Assembly (NCBI GenBank): GCA_018304025.1
Contig: JAGVXA010000006.1
Span: forward strand, 8,077-72,076
Source: Candidatus Pacearchaeota archaeon
Lineage (GTDB): Archaea; Nanobdellota; Nanobdellia; Pacearchaeales; GW2011-AR1
Direction of reading: 5' to 3'
DNA length: 64,000 nucleotides
Shown: positions 1 to 9,124 of the stretch, piece by piece
How the letters are laid out: the number at the start of each line of letters is the position of its first letter
Numbering within the stretch: the stretch's first letter is position 1
Notes under the pieces: generated by a model
Databases searched by the model: none
The model's input: only the letters and a program-made list of their open reading frames with translations
What the model was told of the DNA's origin: nothing
Program-made: the position numbers and the translations under genes

Positions 1-477
1 CTTTAATCTGACTGAGTAGGTCTTTTTGTTTTCCCAACTTAAAAATTTTCTAATAAACTCTGAATAATCTTTAGAATTAACTAAAACTTCAATAGCACCG
101 CCCTTTACATTTTTAATTAAAAACGGATTAAGCTTCAAATTTTTTAATAAATCTATTAAATATTCGCTATAAGCGAGGTCTTTAGATAAGGATAAACTAT
201 ACCGGACTTTATGATGGGAAGATCTTCCATGTTTAGAAACATAGTAAGAACCATCGCCTGCAAAAGCCCCCATAAGTTCACCTAATTTTTCTTCTGTTAA
301 ATTAGCAACAAATTTTTCCTTGCGTCTTGGTCTGAATTTTCTTGTATTATAATAAATAGTCGTAATCCCAACATCTAATATTTTGGATATCTCTCTCAAA
401 CTTTTTCCTTTAAGCACCAAACACTTTATTTTTTCCTTGTCCTCTTTTGAAATTCTTTGATATCTCTTTCTCTTCAT
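1..477 (-). CDS. HTH + LAGLIDADG homing-endonuclease-like protein, C-terminal part cut by the window edge
   Basis: Not in the ORF track because it runs off the window. ATG at 477; translation MKRKRYQRISKEDKEKIKCLVLKGKSLREISKILDVGITTIYYN (HTH-like), then LGELMGAFAGDGSYY (LAGLIDADG motif). The frame stays open to base 1. Confidence 0.6.
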   Translation of the reverse strand, partial: MKRKRYQRISKEDKEKIKCLVLKGKSLREISKILDVGITTIYYNTRKFRPRRKEKFVANLTEEKLGELMGAFAGDGSYYVSKHGRSSHHKVRYSLSLSKDLAYSEYLIDLLKNLKLNPFLIKNVKGGAIEVLVNSKDYSEFIRKFLSWENKKTYSVRLK

Positions 478-532
478 CAAAGCATAAACACACAATGGTT
501 TATATATTTTTAGACCCCGGTTCAAATAAGAG

Positions 533-1150
533 TTAATCTTTCTCTTTCGTTAACTTAATCTTCACCCCAACAAAACCATAAACTCCGTCAAAATCAACAT
601 TTGCATTTCTGGTAAAATTATCTGTAAAATTATATCCCGCCGAACCAATAATTGAAACTCTGTCGTTAATAGGAATCTCCCCGAATAATCCTGCATTCAA
701 ACCCCAGCCGAAAAGTTCATCAGAAGTTTTTTGTTTAAACTCCCCGAGCCCTCCAATCATATCATACTCGCAATAAAATAATTCTCCCCCAAGTTCAAAT
801 CCCCAATTTTTAGAAAAAGGCGCATATTTCAAACCAGTGTTGACTCCGTTAAAACTTCCTCTTCCAAATCCTTCAAAAACAGGATGCGCCGCGCCAACTT
901 CTCCTTTATTGTAATCAACGCCAAAATAACTTTCAAATTTTCCACCCAAATCTATTTTTCTATTAAGCCTTGCTCTTCCCAAAGGAATTATTCTGTCAGC
1001 CTTAAATCCTCTAAAACTTCCCGAAACTTGTCTAGCGGCAATTCCTTCCTCATAACTGTCTGGTTTTATTCTATCAGCTAATTCACCGCACCCGCATGCA
1101 AACCCAATTAATCCAACCGCCAAACTTCTTCCAATTATCTTCATTCTCAT
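533..1150 (-). CDS. secreted/lipobox protein with a beta-rich, OMP-like sequence pattern
   Basis: Signal peptide ending in Cys (MRMKIIGRSLAVGLIGFACGCG). Gly/aromatic-rich alternating segments; C-terminal GVYGFVGVKIKL. Pattern-level call only. Confidence 0.5.
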   Translation of the reverse strand: MRMKIIGRSLAVGLIGFACGCGELADRIKPDSYEEGIAARQVSGSFRGFKADRIIPLGRARLNRKIDLGGKFESYFGVDYNKGEVGAAHPVFEGFGRGSFNGVNTGLKYAPFSKNWGFELGGELFYCEYDMIGGLGEFKQKTSDELFGWGLNAGLFGEIPINDRVSIIGSAGYNFTDNFTRNANVDFDGVYGFVGVKIKLTKEKD

Positions 1151-1200
1151 ATCTTTCTCTCAAGCGAATAGTTTAAAAACCTTCTTGACAAAAAACAAGC

Positions 1201-1428
1201 ATGGGAAGAAAAACAAAAAAATCCAAAGCATTCGGAAAATTCGGCGCAGGTTTCGGCGTCAACATTAGAACGAAATATAACAAAGTAGAATCCTCGCAGA
1301 GAAAAGCCCAAAAATCTCCTTTCCACCCAACAGGAAAAGCAAAGCGATTAGCGTCAGGAATTTGGAAATGCAAAAAAACAGGACGAATTTTCGCAGGCCC
1401 CGCTTACTCCTTGGAAAAAATCGAATAA
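1201..1428 (+). CDS. rpl37ae: ribosomal protein eL43 (L37Ae)
   Basis: MGRKTKKSKAFGKFGAGFG...GIWKCKKTGRIFAGPAY matches the conserved eL43 layout (KKVGxxGKYGxRYG ... GIWxCxxCxxxxAGGAY). Confidence 0.8.
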   Translation: MGRKTKKSKAFGKFGAGFGVNIRTKYNKVESSQRKAQKSPFHPTGKAKRLASGIWKCKKTGRIFAGPAYSLEKIE

Positions 1429-1429
1429 T

Positions 1430-3985
1430 TTAAAGATATTTCCCGTCCTTCTTATAATTAAAATATTTCACCACCTCAAACCAAACCACACTTAATCCCG
1501 CTGCCCCGAATGCAATCAAACCATCCATCAAGTGTAGCTGTTCAAATTTAAAAACCCCTCTTAAAACAGGAACATACAGCGACAATCCTAAAAATATCAA
1601 AGCCCCCAAAGCAACAAACCAAAACGCTTTATTTTTTTCAAAAACAGTTTCGTAAATCGGCTTCGACATCGATCTGCTGCTGAGAATTAAAAGAAGATTA
1701 GAGAATATAAGGGTGCAAAAACTCAGCGCCCGCGCCTCGCTTTCATTATTAGTCAATCTCAAAGTCAAATAAAAAACCAAAGCAACAACGAACAGCATAA
1801 TCAATCCCTGCAAGACGCTAAAAACTAAAGTATTCTTATTAAAAATTTTCTCGCGCGGATTTCGCGGCTTTCTCGACATGATATTTTTTTCTTCTCTTTC
1901 AGCTTCAAAAACAATTGAGCAAGTAGGGTCAATTATTAATTCCAAAAACAAAATATGGACTGGCAGTAAAATAAGAGGCCATCCGAATATAAGCGCAAGA
2001 ACAGTAATTCCAGCTATTGGAATATGCATGGACAAAACATAAGCCATCGCTTTTCTGATGTTGTCGAAAATTCTTCTTCCCATTTTAATTCCGTCAACAA
2101 TCGACGTAAAATCATCATCTAAAAGAACAACCGAAGACGCCTCTCTTGCGACATCAGTTCCGCGCGAGCCCATCGCAATGCCAACACTGGCTGATTTTAA
2201 AGCAGGAGCGTCATTGACTCCGTCTCCAGTCATCGCGACAATTTCACCGTTTGATTTTAACGCATTGACTATCCTGAGCTTTTGTCGGGGAACAACTCTC
2301 ACAAACAAGTTGACTTCCCTAATTTCTTTTTTCAATTGCTCGTCGCTCATTTTTTCTAATTCAGCTCCAGTTATGAATTTTTTAGGGTTCCTAAGCCCAA
2401 TTTCCATCGCAATATTTTGTGCTGTCCCTGGATAATCTCCGGTAATCATAATGACTTTTATCCCCGCGTCATAACATTCCTTAATTGCTTGAGGAACAGT
2501 CGGCCTGACAGGATCTTCAAAACCAACTAACCCCACAAATTCAAAATTAAAATCGTGCTGGTTTTCTGGCAGATTCCCCGCAAATTTTGCAACACCTATT
2601 GCTATCACTCTTAATCCCGAATGCGAAAATTCTGTTGCTTCTTTTAATATTTTTTTCTTCTCCCCAATTCTTAAATGGCACAAATCAATAATCGCTTCCG
2701 GCGCCCCTTTCGCAGCAACAATATGTTCAACTTTATTTGGCCTGTCCCAAACATGCGAAACCGCCAGCAAACCATCGTGTAAAGGATATTCTTTAAGCAG
2801 ATGCCAGGTTTTATGAATAAACTTCTCTTCATTTCCCCGAGACAATTCCTTCAGCGCTTTTTCCATCGGATCAAAAGATTCTTTCTGGCTAGCCAATATT
2901 CCGTATTCAATAACGTCGTGAAACTCGCGCGGAATTTTATTTTTCCCGTCAATAAAGAAAATTTTATTTTCTTGATACAATCTTTTTACAGTCATTTTAT
3001 TCTGGGTAATAGTTCCCGTCTTGTCAGCGCACAGCACCGTCGTAGAGCCAAGTTCTTGTATCGCCTGCTGCCTCCTCGTTAAAACATTTTTCTTGGACAT
3101 TCTCCACGCGCCAAGTCCAAGGAATAAAGTTAAAACAACGGGGAACTCTTCTGGAAGAATCGACATCGCAAGAGTTATTCCAGATAAAAAAGCGTCCAGC
3201 CAGTTCTTCCTTAAAACCCCGTATGCTATAACCACCGCCGCGCACAATATCATCCCATATATAGCAAAATATTTTACAATGGACTTTGTCTCTTTCTGAA
3301 GATTTGTTTTTTCAATTTTTATTTCTTTCAGGGATTTTCCAATTTTTCCCATCTCAGTTTCAATTCCGATTTTTTTGACTATAGCAATTCCTCTTCCGCT
3401 TACAACTAATGTCCCGCTAAAAACAAAAGGAGTATTTTCTCCGCCAGGCGCCTGCATCACTATGCTTAAATTGTCTGTGTGTTCTTTCCTGACAACTGCT
3501 GATTCTCCTGTAAGCAAGCTTTCGTCAGTGCAAAGATTAGTGGAAGCCACAACAATTGCATCAGCCGGAACCCTGTCTCCTTCAGACAAAATAACAACGT
3601 CATTTTCAACAACTTCTTTTCCGGGAATTCTTCTGCTGACTCCTCCTCTGACAACGAGCGCCCGCGGGCTCGACAAATCTCTCAAGGCATCTAAAGATTT
3701 TTCTGTTTTGTTTTCCTGATAAATAGTTATCGTGATTATTACCGCAACAAAACCCAAAAGCATGAACGATTCTTTAACATCTCCGAGCATTAAATAAAAA
3801 ATCCAGCAGGCGATAAGCAAGAGAAACATCGGCTCTTTGAAAACTTCTAAAACAATGCCAAAAAAATTTTTCCTCTTCTCCCGAGGAAGCTCATTGTATC
3901 CGTATTTCTTTATTTTTTCATGAGCTTGTTTCTCGCTTAATCCCTCTAGATGCATCGAACTTAGCGTTTCTGTAATGCTTTGCAT
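1430..3985 (-). CDS. P-type cation-transporting ATPase (P2-like, Ca2+/Mg2+ type)
   Basis: DKTGTITQN phosphorylation motif, MITGDYPGTA, TGDGVNDAPAL hinge, N-terminal cation-ATPase-N segment, about 10 predicted TM segments. Confidence 0.9.
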   Translation of the reverse strand: MQSITETLSSMHLEGLSEKQAHEKIKKYGYNELPREKRKNFFGIVLEVFKEPMFLLLIACWIFYLMLGDVKESFMLLGFVAVIITITIYQENKTEKSLDALRDLSSPRALVVRGGVSRRIPGKEVVENDVVILSEGDRVPADAIVVASTNLCTDESLLTGESAVVRKEHTDNLSIVMQAPGGENTPFVFSGTLVVSGRGIAIVKKIGIETEMGKIGKSLKEIKIEKTNLQKETKSIVKYFAIYGMILCAAVVIAYGVLRKNWLDAFLSGITLAMSILPEEFPVVLTLFLGLGAWRMSKKNVLTRRQQAIQELGSTTVLCADKTGTITQNKMTVKRLYQENKIFFIDGKNKIPREFHDVIEYGILASQKESFDPMEKALKELSRGNEEKFIHKTWHLLKEYPLHDGLLAVSHVWDRPNKVEHIVAAKGAPEAIIDLCHLRIGEKKKILKEATEFSHSGLRVIAIGVAKFAGNLPENQHDFNFEFVGLVGFEDPVRPTVPQAIKECYDAGIKVIMITGDYPGTAQNIAMEIGLRNPKKFITGAELEKMSDEQLKKEIREVNLFVRVVPRQKLRIVNALKSNGEIVAMTGDGVNDAPALKSASVGIAMGSRGTDVAREASSVVLLDDDFTSIVDGIKMGRRIFDNIRKAMAYVLSMHIPIAGITVLALIFGWPLILLPVHILFLELIIDPTCSIVFEAEREEKNIMSRKPRNPREKIFNKNTLVFSVLQGLIMLFVVALVFYLTLRLTNNESEARALSFCTLIFSNLLLILSSRSMSKPIYETVFEKNKAFWFVALGALIFLGLSLYVPVLRGVFKFEQLHLMDGLIAFGAAGLSVVWFEVVKYFNYKKDGKYL

Positions 3986-4098
3986 TTTCCCTCTCTATTC
4001 TCTGTTGAAAAGAGTTTATAAAATTAGAGTCCATCTCTCAATTAAGCAAAACCCTTAAATATCTCAAAAACAATTCTCCCTCGATAAAAGGAGGTAAT

Positions 4099-4365
4099 AT
4101 GATAGACAAAAACAAATGCGGCTTGGCTCTCGGTTTATTCTTCGCAATTGTTCACGCTGTTTGGGCGCTGGCAGTTGCAATAATTCCCGGCAGTTTGCAA
4201 TCATTTTTGGACTGGATATTCGCTCTGCACTTCGTAGCACCCGTATGGAGTTTAACAGCGTTTAATTTCGTCAATGCAATCCTTCTAGTGATAGTAACAT
4301 TCATCACAGGTTATATTCTAGGATGGGTTTTCGCATGGGCGCACAACTTGTGCCACAAGAAATAA
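4099..4365 (+). CDS. small integral membrane protein
   Basis: 88 aa with three hydrophobic helices; GGAGG-like SD (aaaggaggtaat) upstream of the ATG. Confidence 0.5.
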   Translation: MIDKNKCGLALGLFFAIVHAVWALAVAIIPGSLQSFLDWIFALHFVAPVWSLTAFNFVNAILLVIVTFITGYILGWVFAWAHNLCHKK

Positions 4366-4512
4366 ATTTATTTTATTCTTCATTTTTATTATTTCAAACC
4401 AAGCTAAATGCTTTTCTAAAAAGATGCAGAAGTTATCGATATAATTGTAATATCGCAAAATCGACGAGAATGCGAGTCGATTGAGCAAAGCAAATTAGGC
4501 TAAATTTAATCT

Positions 4513-5397
4513 CTATTCTTCACTTTTCTTTCTTTTAATTACTTTAACCGCAGCATTTTTTCCAGCTCTCGCAACCATTACGCCTTTCTTAATCAGCAAT
4601 TCATAAACAGTGAAAAACACAATTATCGAACCGGCAATTGCCGAAAATATAATTGCATAATCTTTGACAATATTTATCGTCGGAATCGCCTTCGCCGCGT
4701 CTAGCTTGTCCTTCTGGTATTCATATTCTTCTATGGCCAGCTTCAAATTCGAATTGGCATTTCTCAAATTTCCGTCGAGAACACTCGCTTCAGCAGTTCT
4801 CAAATATTTCTTCAAGTCATCAAGCGAAATTTTAGAAGTATCATACCCGTTATCTTTTTTATCAGAAATTTCCAGTTCCAGCGAAGCATATCTTCCTTTC
4901 AATTCTTCAATCTGCTGTGAAACATTTTCCAGTTCAATTCTTTCCTTTTCAGCGTCGGTAACATCTTCCTCGTCGGGATTTTCTACAGTTATATTCTTGT
5001 AAAATATCTCTCTGTCAACTCTCAAAGTTAAAGTCACATTCCCGCTTTCTTTTAAATTTCCATAAACCATTATGTAGGACTTTTCTCCAGGAGCGAGAGA
5101 ATCCGCCGGAACAATATCATAACTCGAATACCCTCTCCCTGAAACAAACGCTATCAGATTATTAATCGTCTCGTTCCCGTCATTTTTTATTTGTATATTA
5201 AACTGGACATCTCCTATTTTAGTTTCCGTCGGGAAAAAATTAACCAGAGAAATTCCAGTTGATTCAGTTGAAGTCTCAGATTCTTCTGCGTAAACAGTCC
5301 CAATTAAAAATAATGAAATAATCAAGCACAAAATAAATCTCCTTTTCCAACTTGCTTGGAAAACGAAGGTTGTGTATTCGCATCCTCTTTTCATCAT
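4513..5397 (-). CDS. secreted coiled-coil protein with C-terminal TM anchor
   Basis: Start moved to MMKRG (5397) by homology of the promoter/start region with the neighbouring gene. Signal peptide LIISLFLIGTVYA, Glu/Lys-rich coiled coil, C-terminal helix AIIFSAIAGSIIVFFTVY. Confidence 0.6.
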   Translation of the reverse strand: MMKRGCEYTTFVFQASWKRRFILCLIISLFLIGTVYAEESETSTESTGISLVNFFPTETKIGDVQFNIQIKNDGNETINNLIAFVSGRGYSSYDIVPADSLAPGEKSYIMVYGNLKESGNVTLTLRVDREIFYKNITVENPDEEDVTDAEKERIELENVSQQIEELKGRYASLELEISDKKDNGYDTSKISLDDLKKYLRTAEASVLDGNLRNANSNLKLAIEEYEYQKDKLDAAKAIPTINIVKDYAIIFSAIAGSIIVFFTVYELLIKKGVMVARAGKNAAVKVIKRKKSEE

Positions 5398-5436
5398 ATC
5401 ACAATTCAGAAAGCAAGGAATATAAACCTTTTCAAA
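5393..5436 (-). promoter_or_regulatory. archaeal promoter copy 1 (TATA TTTATATT about 29 nt upstream of the ATG, leaderless layout)
   Basis: 44-nt block atcatatcacaattcagaaagcaaggaatataaaccttttcaaa, identical except 1 nt to 7206..7249. On the minus strand it reads TTTGAAAAGGTTTATATTCCTTGCTTTCTGAATTGTGATATGAT. Confidence 0.6.
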
Positions 5437-7210
5437 CAATCTGCCAATATGCTCTAGTTAAAACACATTGCGTCGGCGGAGTTTCTTCGCATCCCAATCC
5501 GCAAGGATCATAATCTGAAGCGCGCTGATTCGGATAGTCATCACAAGAATCAACTAGTGTACAAGTTGAACACGTTGATGCCTGCCACGAACATTTTACT
5601 AATTCCCCATCACAATCATAATGGCCATTTGAATAAGCATTAGTTCCATCATCAGGAAACCACCCACATCCATAATTCGCTCTGTACGTATCCCACATTT
5701 CTTCACTAAAATCTGACCAGCTTCGATCAGAATCCGGGTAAGGACCTTCCTCTGATAAAGCCCACATATATCTGTCTTGGTAATCAAACAAAGCGCTATT
5801 GTTCCATTCGTCTTTTATATCAAGAACCAACGAGGCCAACAGCCATCCATTCCAACTAGATGTTGTGCTGCCTTGCCTATAAGGCCCAATCCAACTAGGA
5901 TTATCTCGCTCTGGGTATTGAACATGCGCGCCACCATACTCCGGCAACCCTTTATGTTCATTCTCATACGCTCTTATATAAAATGTTGAAGCCCCAACAA
6001 CTGGAATCGTATTCCAACTCTCAGATAAGTTAGCTCTAAAAGGTGGAATTAAACCCGCCCATTTCGCGTCATCTGCTTCAATATATCTTATTTGCCCCGC
6101 ACCAACACCATCAATTATTTCAATATAATTTCCTCTCAAGTTTGTATAACTAGGAATACTACCAACAATAAAATAATCTGGACCGAATTCTGTTATTGTA
6201 ATTTTCTGGATATTATGCTCAAGATCAATGTCTGATTGACTCACATAAAAAGTTTGAGAATCCTCCCCGAATAAATTTTGTTCAGGAAAATATAATTTGC
6301 CAATATTTTTCATATTAGATTCACCAAGCATAAGTCCCGCAAATAAAATCGGGAATTTTCTTCCAGAAGCATGTCCCCCATCTTGTGGCCATGCGCCTCC
6401 ATTTTTAAGAATCCAATAATGATCAATCCCGTTTTGAATTAATGCGTTTCTTACAGTACTTTTATCAGAAGCGTCTTTGTCTAACAGCAAAAAACACGCA
6501 GCCTCTTGAACATCATTAGACAACTCTCTTCCATAATTTGCCATATTATCGACCGGAAAAATGTAGATTCCACCTGTTTGATTTAAATGATCTAGCCATA
6601 CTCTATTAATTGTTGGAAGAATAATATTTGCTTCGGGAGTGCTTACAACAGACGGCAAATTAGGCAATTCAAAATTTGTTTGCGATTCTATGTAAATTGT
6701 CTTTGTGTCTCCAACATAAGCTGGCCTAAATGAATCTACTGGAGGAACTTCTGCCAGGCAAGTTAATACAACTGCAGATTTAAGATACGATGCAGTAGGC
6801 CTTGCTGCGCCTTCTGGCCAGCTCTCAGAAGAAACAAGGGAAACACCAGGATTTAAAATAAATGGAAAGTCAATCCGCTCTGAAGAAGCCCATGATCCCG
6901 CACGTTGGTCAAAAGATTGTTTTCCAGGCATCGGATTTGCCATTGAGCCACTCCTCAAGGATCCACTCACCTCATAAGGCGCAGGATCCACACCTATCAC
7001 ATTCACAATCCCTGTAACCGAATCAATCTTCACCCAATAATCTCCATTCACAAAAGTCCCGCATTCATACGGCTTGTCAAAGAACCAGGTTATCCCATAC
7101 TGCGAAATATTATTCCCGACTGTAACACCACCAGCGCACTCCGCAGAAACACTTCCCAATAAACTAAATAAAAAGATCAAACTAAAAAATAACATAGCCC
7201 TCTTTATCAT
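5432..7210 (-). CDS. secreted protein, unknown function, Cys-rich C-terminus
   Basis: Signal peptide MIKRAMLFFSLIFLFSLLGSVSA. 592 aa with no recognisable catalytic motif. The last about 60 aa contain many Cys. Confidence 0.65.
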   Translation of the reverse strand: MIKRAMLFFSLIFLFSLLGSVSAECAGGVTVGNNISQYGITWFFDKPYECGTFVNGDYWVKIDSVTGIVNVIGVDPAPYEVSGSLRSGSMANPMPGKQSFDQRAGSWASSERIDFPFILNPGVSLVSSESWPEGAARPTASYLKSAVVLTCLAEVPPVDSFRPAYVGDTKTIYIESQTNFELPNLPSVVSTPEANIILPTINRVWLDHLNQTGGIYIFPVDNMANYGRELSNDVQEAACFLLLDKDASDKSTVRNALIQNGIDHYWILKNGGAWPQDGGHASGRKFPILFAGLMLGESNMKNIGKLYFPEQNLFGEDSQTFYVSQSDIDLEHNIQKITITEFGPDYFIVGSIPSYTNLRGNYIEIIDGVGAGQIRYIEADDAKWAGLIPPFRANLSESWNTIPVVGASTFYIRAYENEHKGLPEYGGAHVQYPERDNPSWIGPYRQGSTTSSWNGWLLASLVLDIKDEWNNSALFDYQDRYMWALSEEGPYPDSDRSWSDFSEEMWDTYRANYGCGWFPDDGTNAYSNGHYDCDGELVKCSWQASTCSTCTLVDSCDDYPNQRASDYDPCGLGCEETPPTQCVLTRAYWQIV

Positions 7211-7249
7211 ATCACAATTCAGAAAGCAAGGAATATAAATCTTTTCAAA
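7206..7249 (-). promoter_or_regulatory. archaeal promoter copy 2 (duplicate of 5393..5436)
   Basis: Same 44-nt block, including the TTTATATT box and the ATGAT start context. Confidence 0.6.
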
Positions 7250-7420
7250 ACGCCGAATGATATTATAAGAATATCAGAATATTTGCATTAATCAAATTTC
7301 CAAAACCATACAGCCAGAAACATGAAGTGAATAATACGAATTCAAGATAATTATCTGCGATAGATTCTGTTCTCTTACCAAAGCGCAAAAGTTTATATAC
7401 CATTATTCTCGCACATTTTT

Positions 7421-7999
7421 ATGAGAAGATACAACCCTCTAATCAAAGGCGCAATAATCACAGCATTACTCGGAAGTCCATTGATAGCAAGACAATCATC
7501 ACAACCATCGTATTTAGAAAATCAAACCCAATATCAAACTAATGACTTCAAAAAAGACTCAGATAAAGTTCTGTTAGCAAGAATGCTTTACGGAGAAACA
7601 GGCGGAAGACTTTCCTTGGAAGAAACAGTCGCGATAGCAAACACAGCAGTAAGACGTTCAAAAGACGGAAAAAAATGGAACGGCGAAACACTCAGAGACT
7701 CAATTCTCGCGCCAAAACAATACAGCTGTTTTAATTCAAACGACCCAATGCTGCGACTATTAAAAAATCCCTATGCAAATAACAAAACAGGTTTCGACAG
7801 ATGCTTGGAAATAGCAGAGGGAGTTCTCAACGGAAAATACCAGGACACAAGCAAAGGCGCAACCCATTATTTCAATCCGAAAAAAGCCTCCCCGCCGTGG
7901 CAAAAATCAATGCAAAAAATCGGACATCTCAAAACACCCAAAGGACAAAGCGTCCACGTTTTCTACAAAGAATCGCCGCAAAAAGCCAAGAAAAAATAA
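7421..7999 (+). CDS. SleB/Hydrolase_2-like cell-wall (peptidoglycan) hydrolase domain protein
   Basis: LLARMLYGETGG...AIANTAVRR...PKQYSCFN...GATHYFNP...PPW follows the conserved blocks of the spore-cortex-lytic SleB hydrolase family. N-terminal hydrophobic segment; TATA aagtttatatacc about 30 nt upstream. Confidence 0.75.
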   Translation: MRRYNPLIKGAIITALLGSPLIARQSSQPSYLENQTQYQTNDFKKDSDKVLLARMLYGETGGRLSLEETVAIANTAVRRSKDGKKWNGETLRDSILAPKQYSCFNSNDPMLRLLKNPYANNKTGFDRCLEIAEGVLNGKYQDTSKGATHYFNPKKASPPWQKSMQKIGHLKTPKGQSVHVFYKESPQKAKKK

Positions 8000-8094
8000 T
8001 TAAAATCTTAATTCTAATCTTGGTACATAAAATACCAATTATATGGTATTTTCCACATAGAAAAATATATAAATACCAATTATCTGGTAAAAAT

Positions 8095-8568
8095 ATGGAA
8101 TTGGATTATTTTATCAAGAAAGGATTAGCAAATAAGATATTTGAAACCGAATTACAAAGATACACAGACTTTTTTGCTAATTCCTACAAAGAAAATCTTG
8201 AGCACTGCAAATTTGTCTTAAACACTTTTCCAAGATGGAGCATTATCTCCGGCTATTATGCAATGCACGACATAACAAAATTATTTCTTGTAAAAAAATT
8301 TCAAATCAAGATAGACGCAAAAGTTCATAAGACAGTTATAAAAATAATGGAGACAATTACCAAAGACAAGGAAACATTGAAACTTCTTAAGATTGGCTAC
8401 GAAGAATTTACAAAAATGGCTGCAGACCTTGTCGAAGCAAAAGGACACAGGCAAAAAGCGCAGTATTACACGGGTTCCGAATTCATGAAAGAAAAATACA
8501 GGGAAACTGCCGGCGATTTCCTAAAAAATACAGTTCTTCCATATTTGGAAAAAATAAAAAATCTCTAA
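8095..8568 (+). CDS. HEPN-like domain protein (toxin-like partner of the next gene)
   Basis: Start placed at MELDYFIKK (ATG 8095, TATA aaaaatatataaatacc upstream). Helical protein with SIISGYYAMHDITKLFL and a ...RQKAQYYTG segment resembling HEPN. One-nt gap to the nucleotidyltransferase gene. Confidence 0.5.
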   Translation: MELDYFIKKGLANKIFETELQRYTDFFANSYKENLEHCKFVLNTFPRWSIISGYYAMHDITKLFLVKKFQIKIDAKVHKTVIKIMETITKDKETLKLLKIGYEEFTKMAADLVEAKGHRQKAQYYTGSEFMKEKYRETAGDFLKNTVLPYLEKIKNL

Positions 8569-8569
8569 A

Positions 8570-9124
8570 ATGATATCAAACATATTTGACAAAAGCGTTG
8601 TAAAACTAATTTCTTATTTTCTAATCAGCCCGGGCAGCAGGTACACAAGAAAGGAACTAAAAGAAAAAACTGAAATGAATAATCTTCCTCTTGATAATCT
8701 TCTGACAAAACTTCTTTCTCTTAGAATTCTAAACAAAAAAAACAATCTCTATCAATTCTCGTCGGAAAACGAAGCTTTCTTAGAAATACTTGAAAAGATA
8801 AAACAAGAATACAAAGAATTCGGCGTTCCATATAGGATATTCAATATTCTGGTAGAGACAGCAGAAAAATTATCAAAAAATAAATCAGTAAGCTCAGCCG
8901 TATTATTTGGAAGCTACGCAAAATTAGTCCATACAGAAAATTCAGATATCGATATAGCAGTAGTCACTAAAAGCAAATTTCCAGAAAAACAAATTACAAA
9001 AACAAAAAAAGAAATTGCTAAAATAAGCGATAAAACAGAACTGCACTTTTTTCAGGAAAAAGATCTTCAGGAAAAAGACGCTCTAATCCAGGATATAAAA
9101 CGAAACGGCAAACGTATTCTCTAA
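8570..9124 (+). CDS. wHTH + minimal nucleotidyltransferase (MNT-type)
   Basis: VLFGSYAKLVHTENSDIDIAVV is the GSxx...DxD pol-beta NTase signature. The N-terminal 90 aa look like a winged helix. Confidence 0.7.
   Translation: MISNIFDKSVVKLISYFLISPGSRYTRKELKEKTEMNNLPLDNLLTKLLSLRILNKKNNLYQFSSENEAFLEILEKIKQEYKEFGVPYRIFNILVETAEKLSKNKSVSSAVLFGSYAKLVHTENSDIDIAVVTKSKFPEKQITKTKKEIAKISDKTELHFFQEKDLQEKDALIQDIKRNGKRIL

Noticed and set aside
7801-8094. The 5' extension of track ORF 7801..8568, which overlaps the SleB-like gene.
   Set aside because: It lies in a different frame inside a well-supported CDS and is basic and low-complexity. A TATA box and an ATG at 8095 give a sensible HEPN-like protein.
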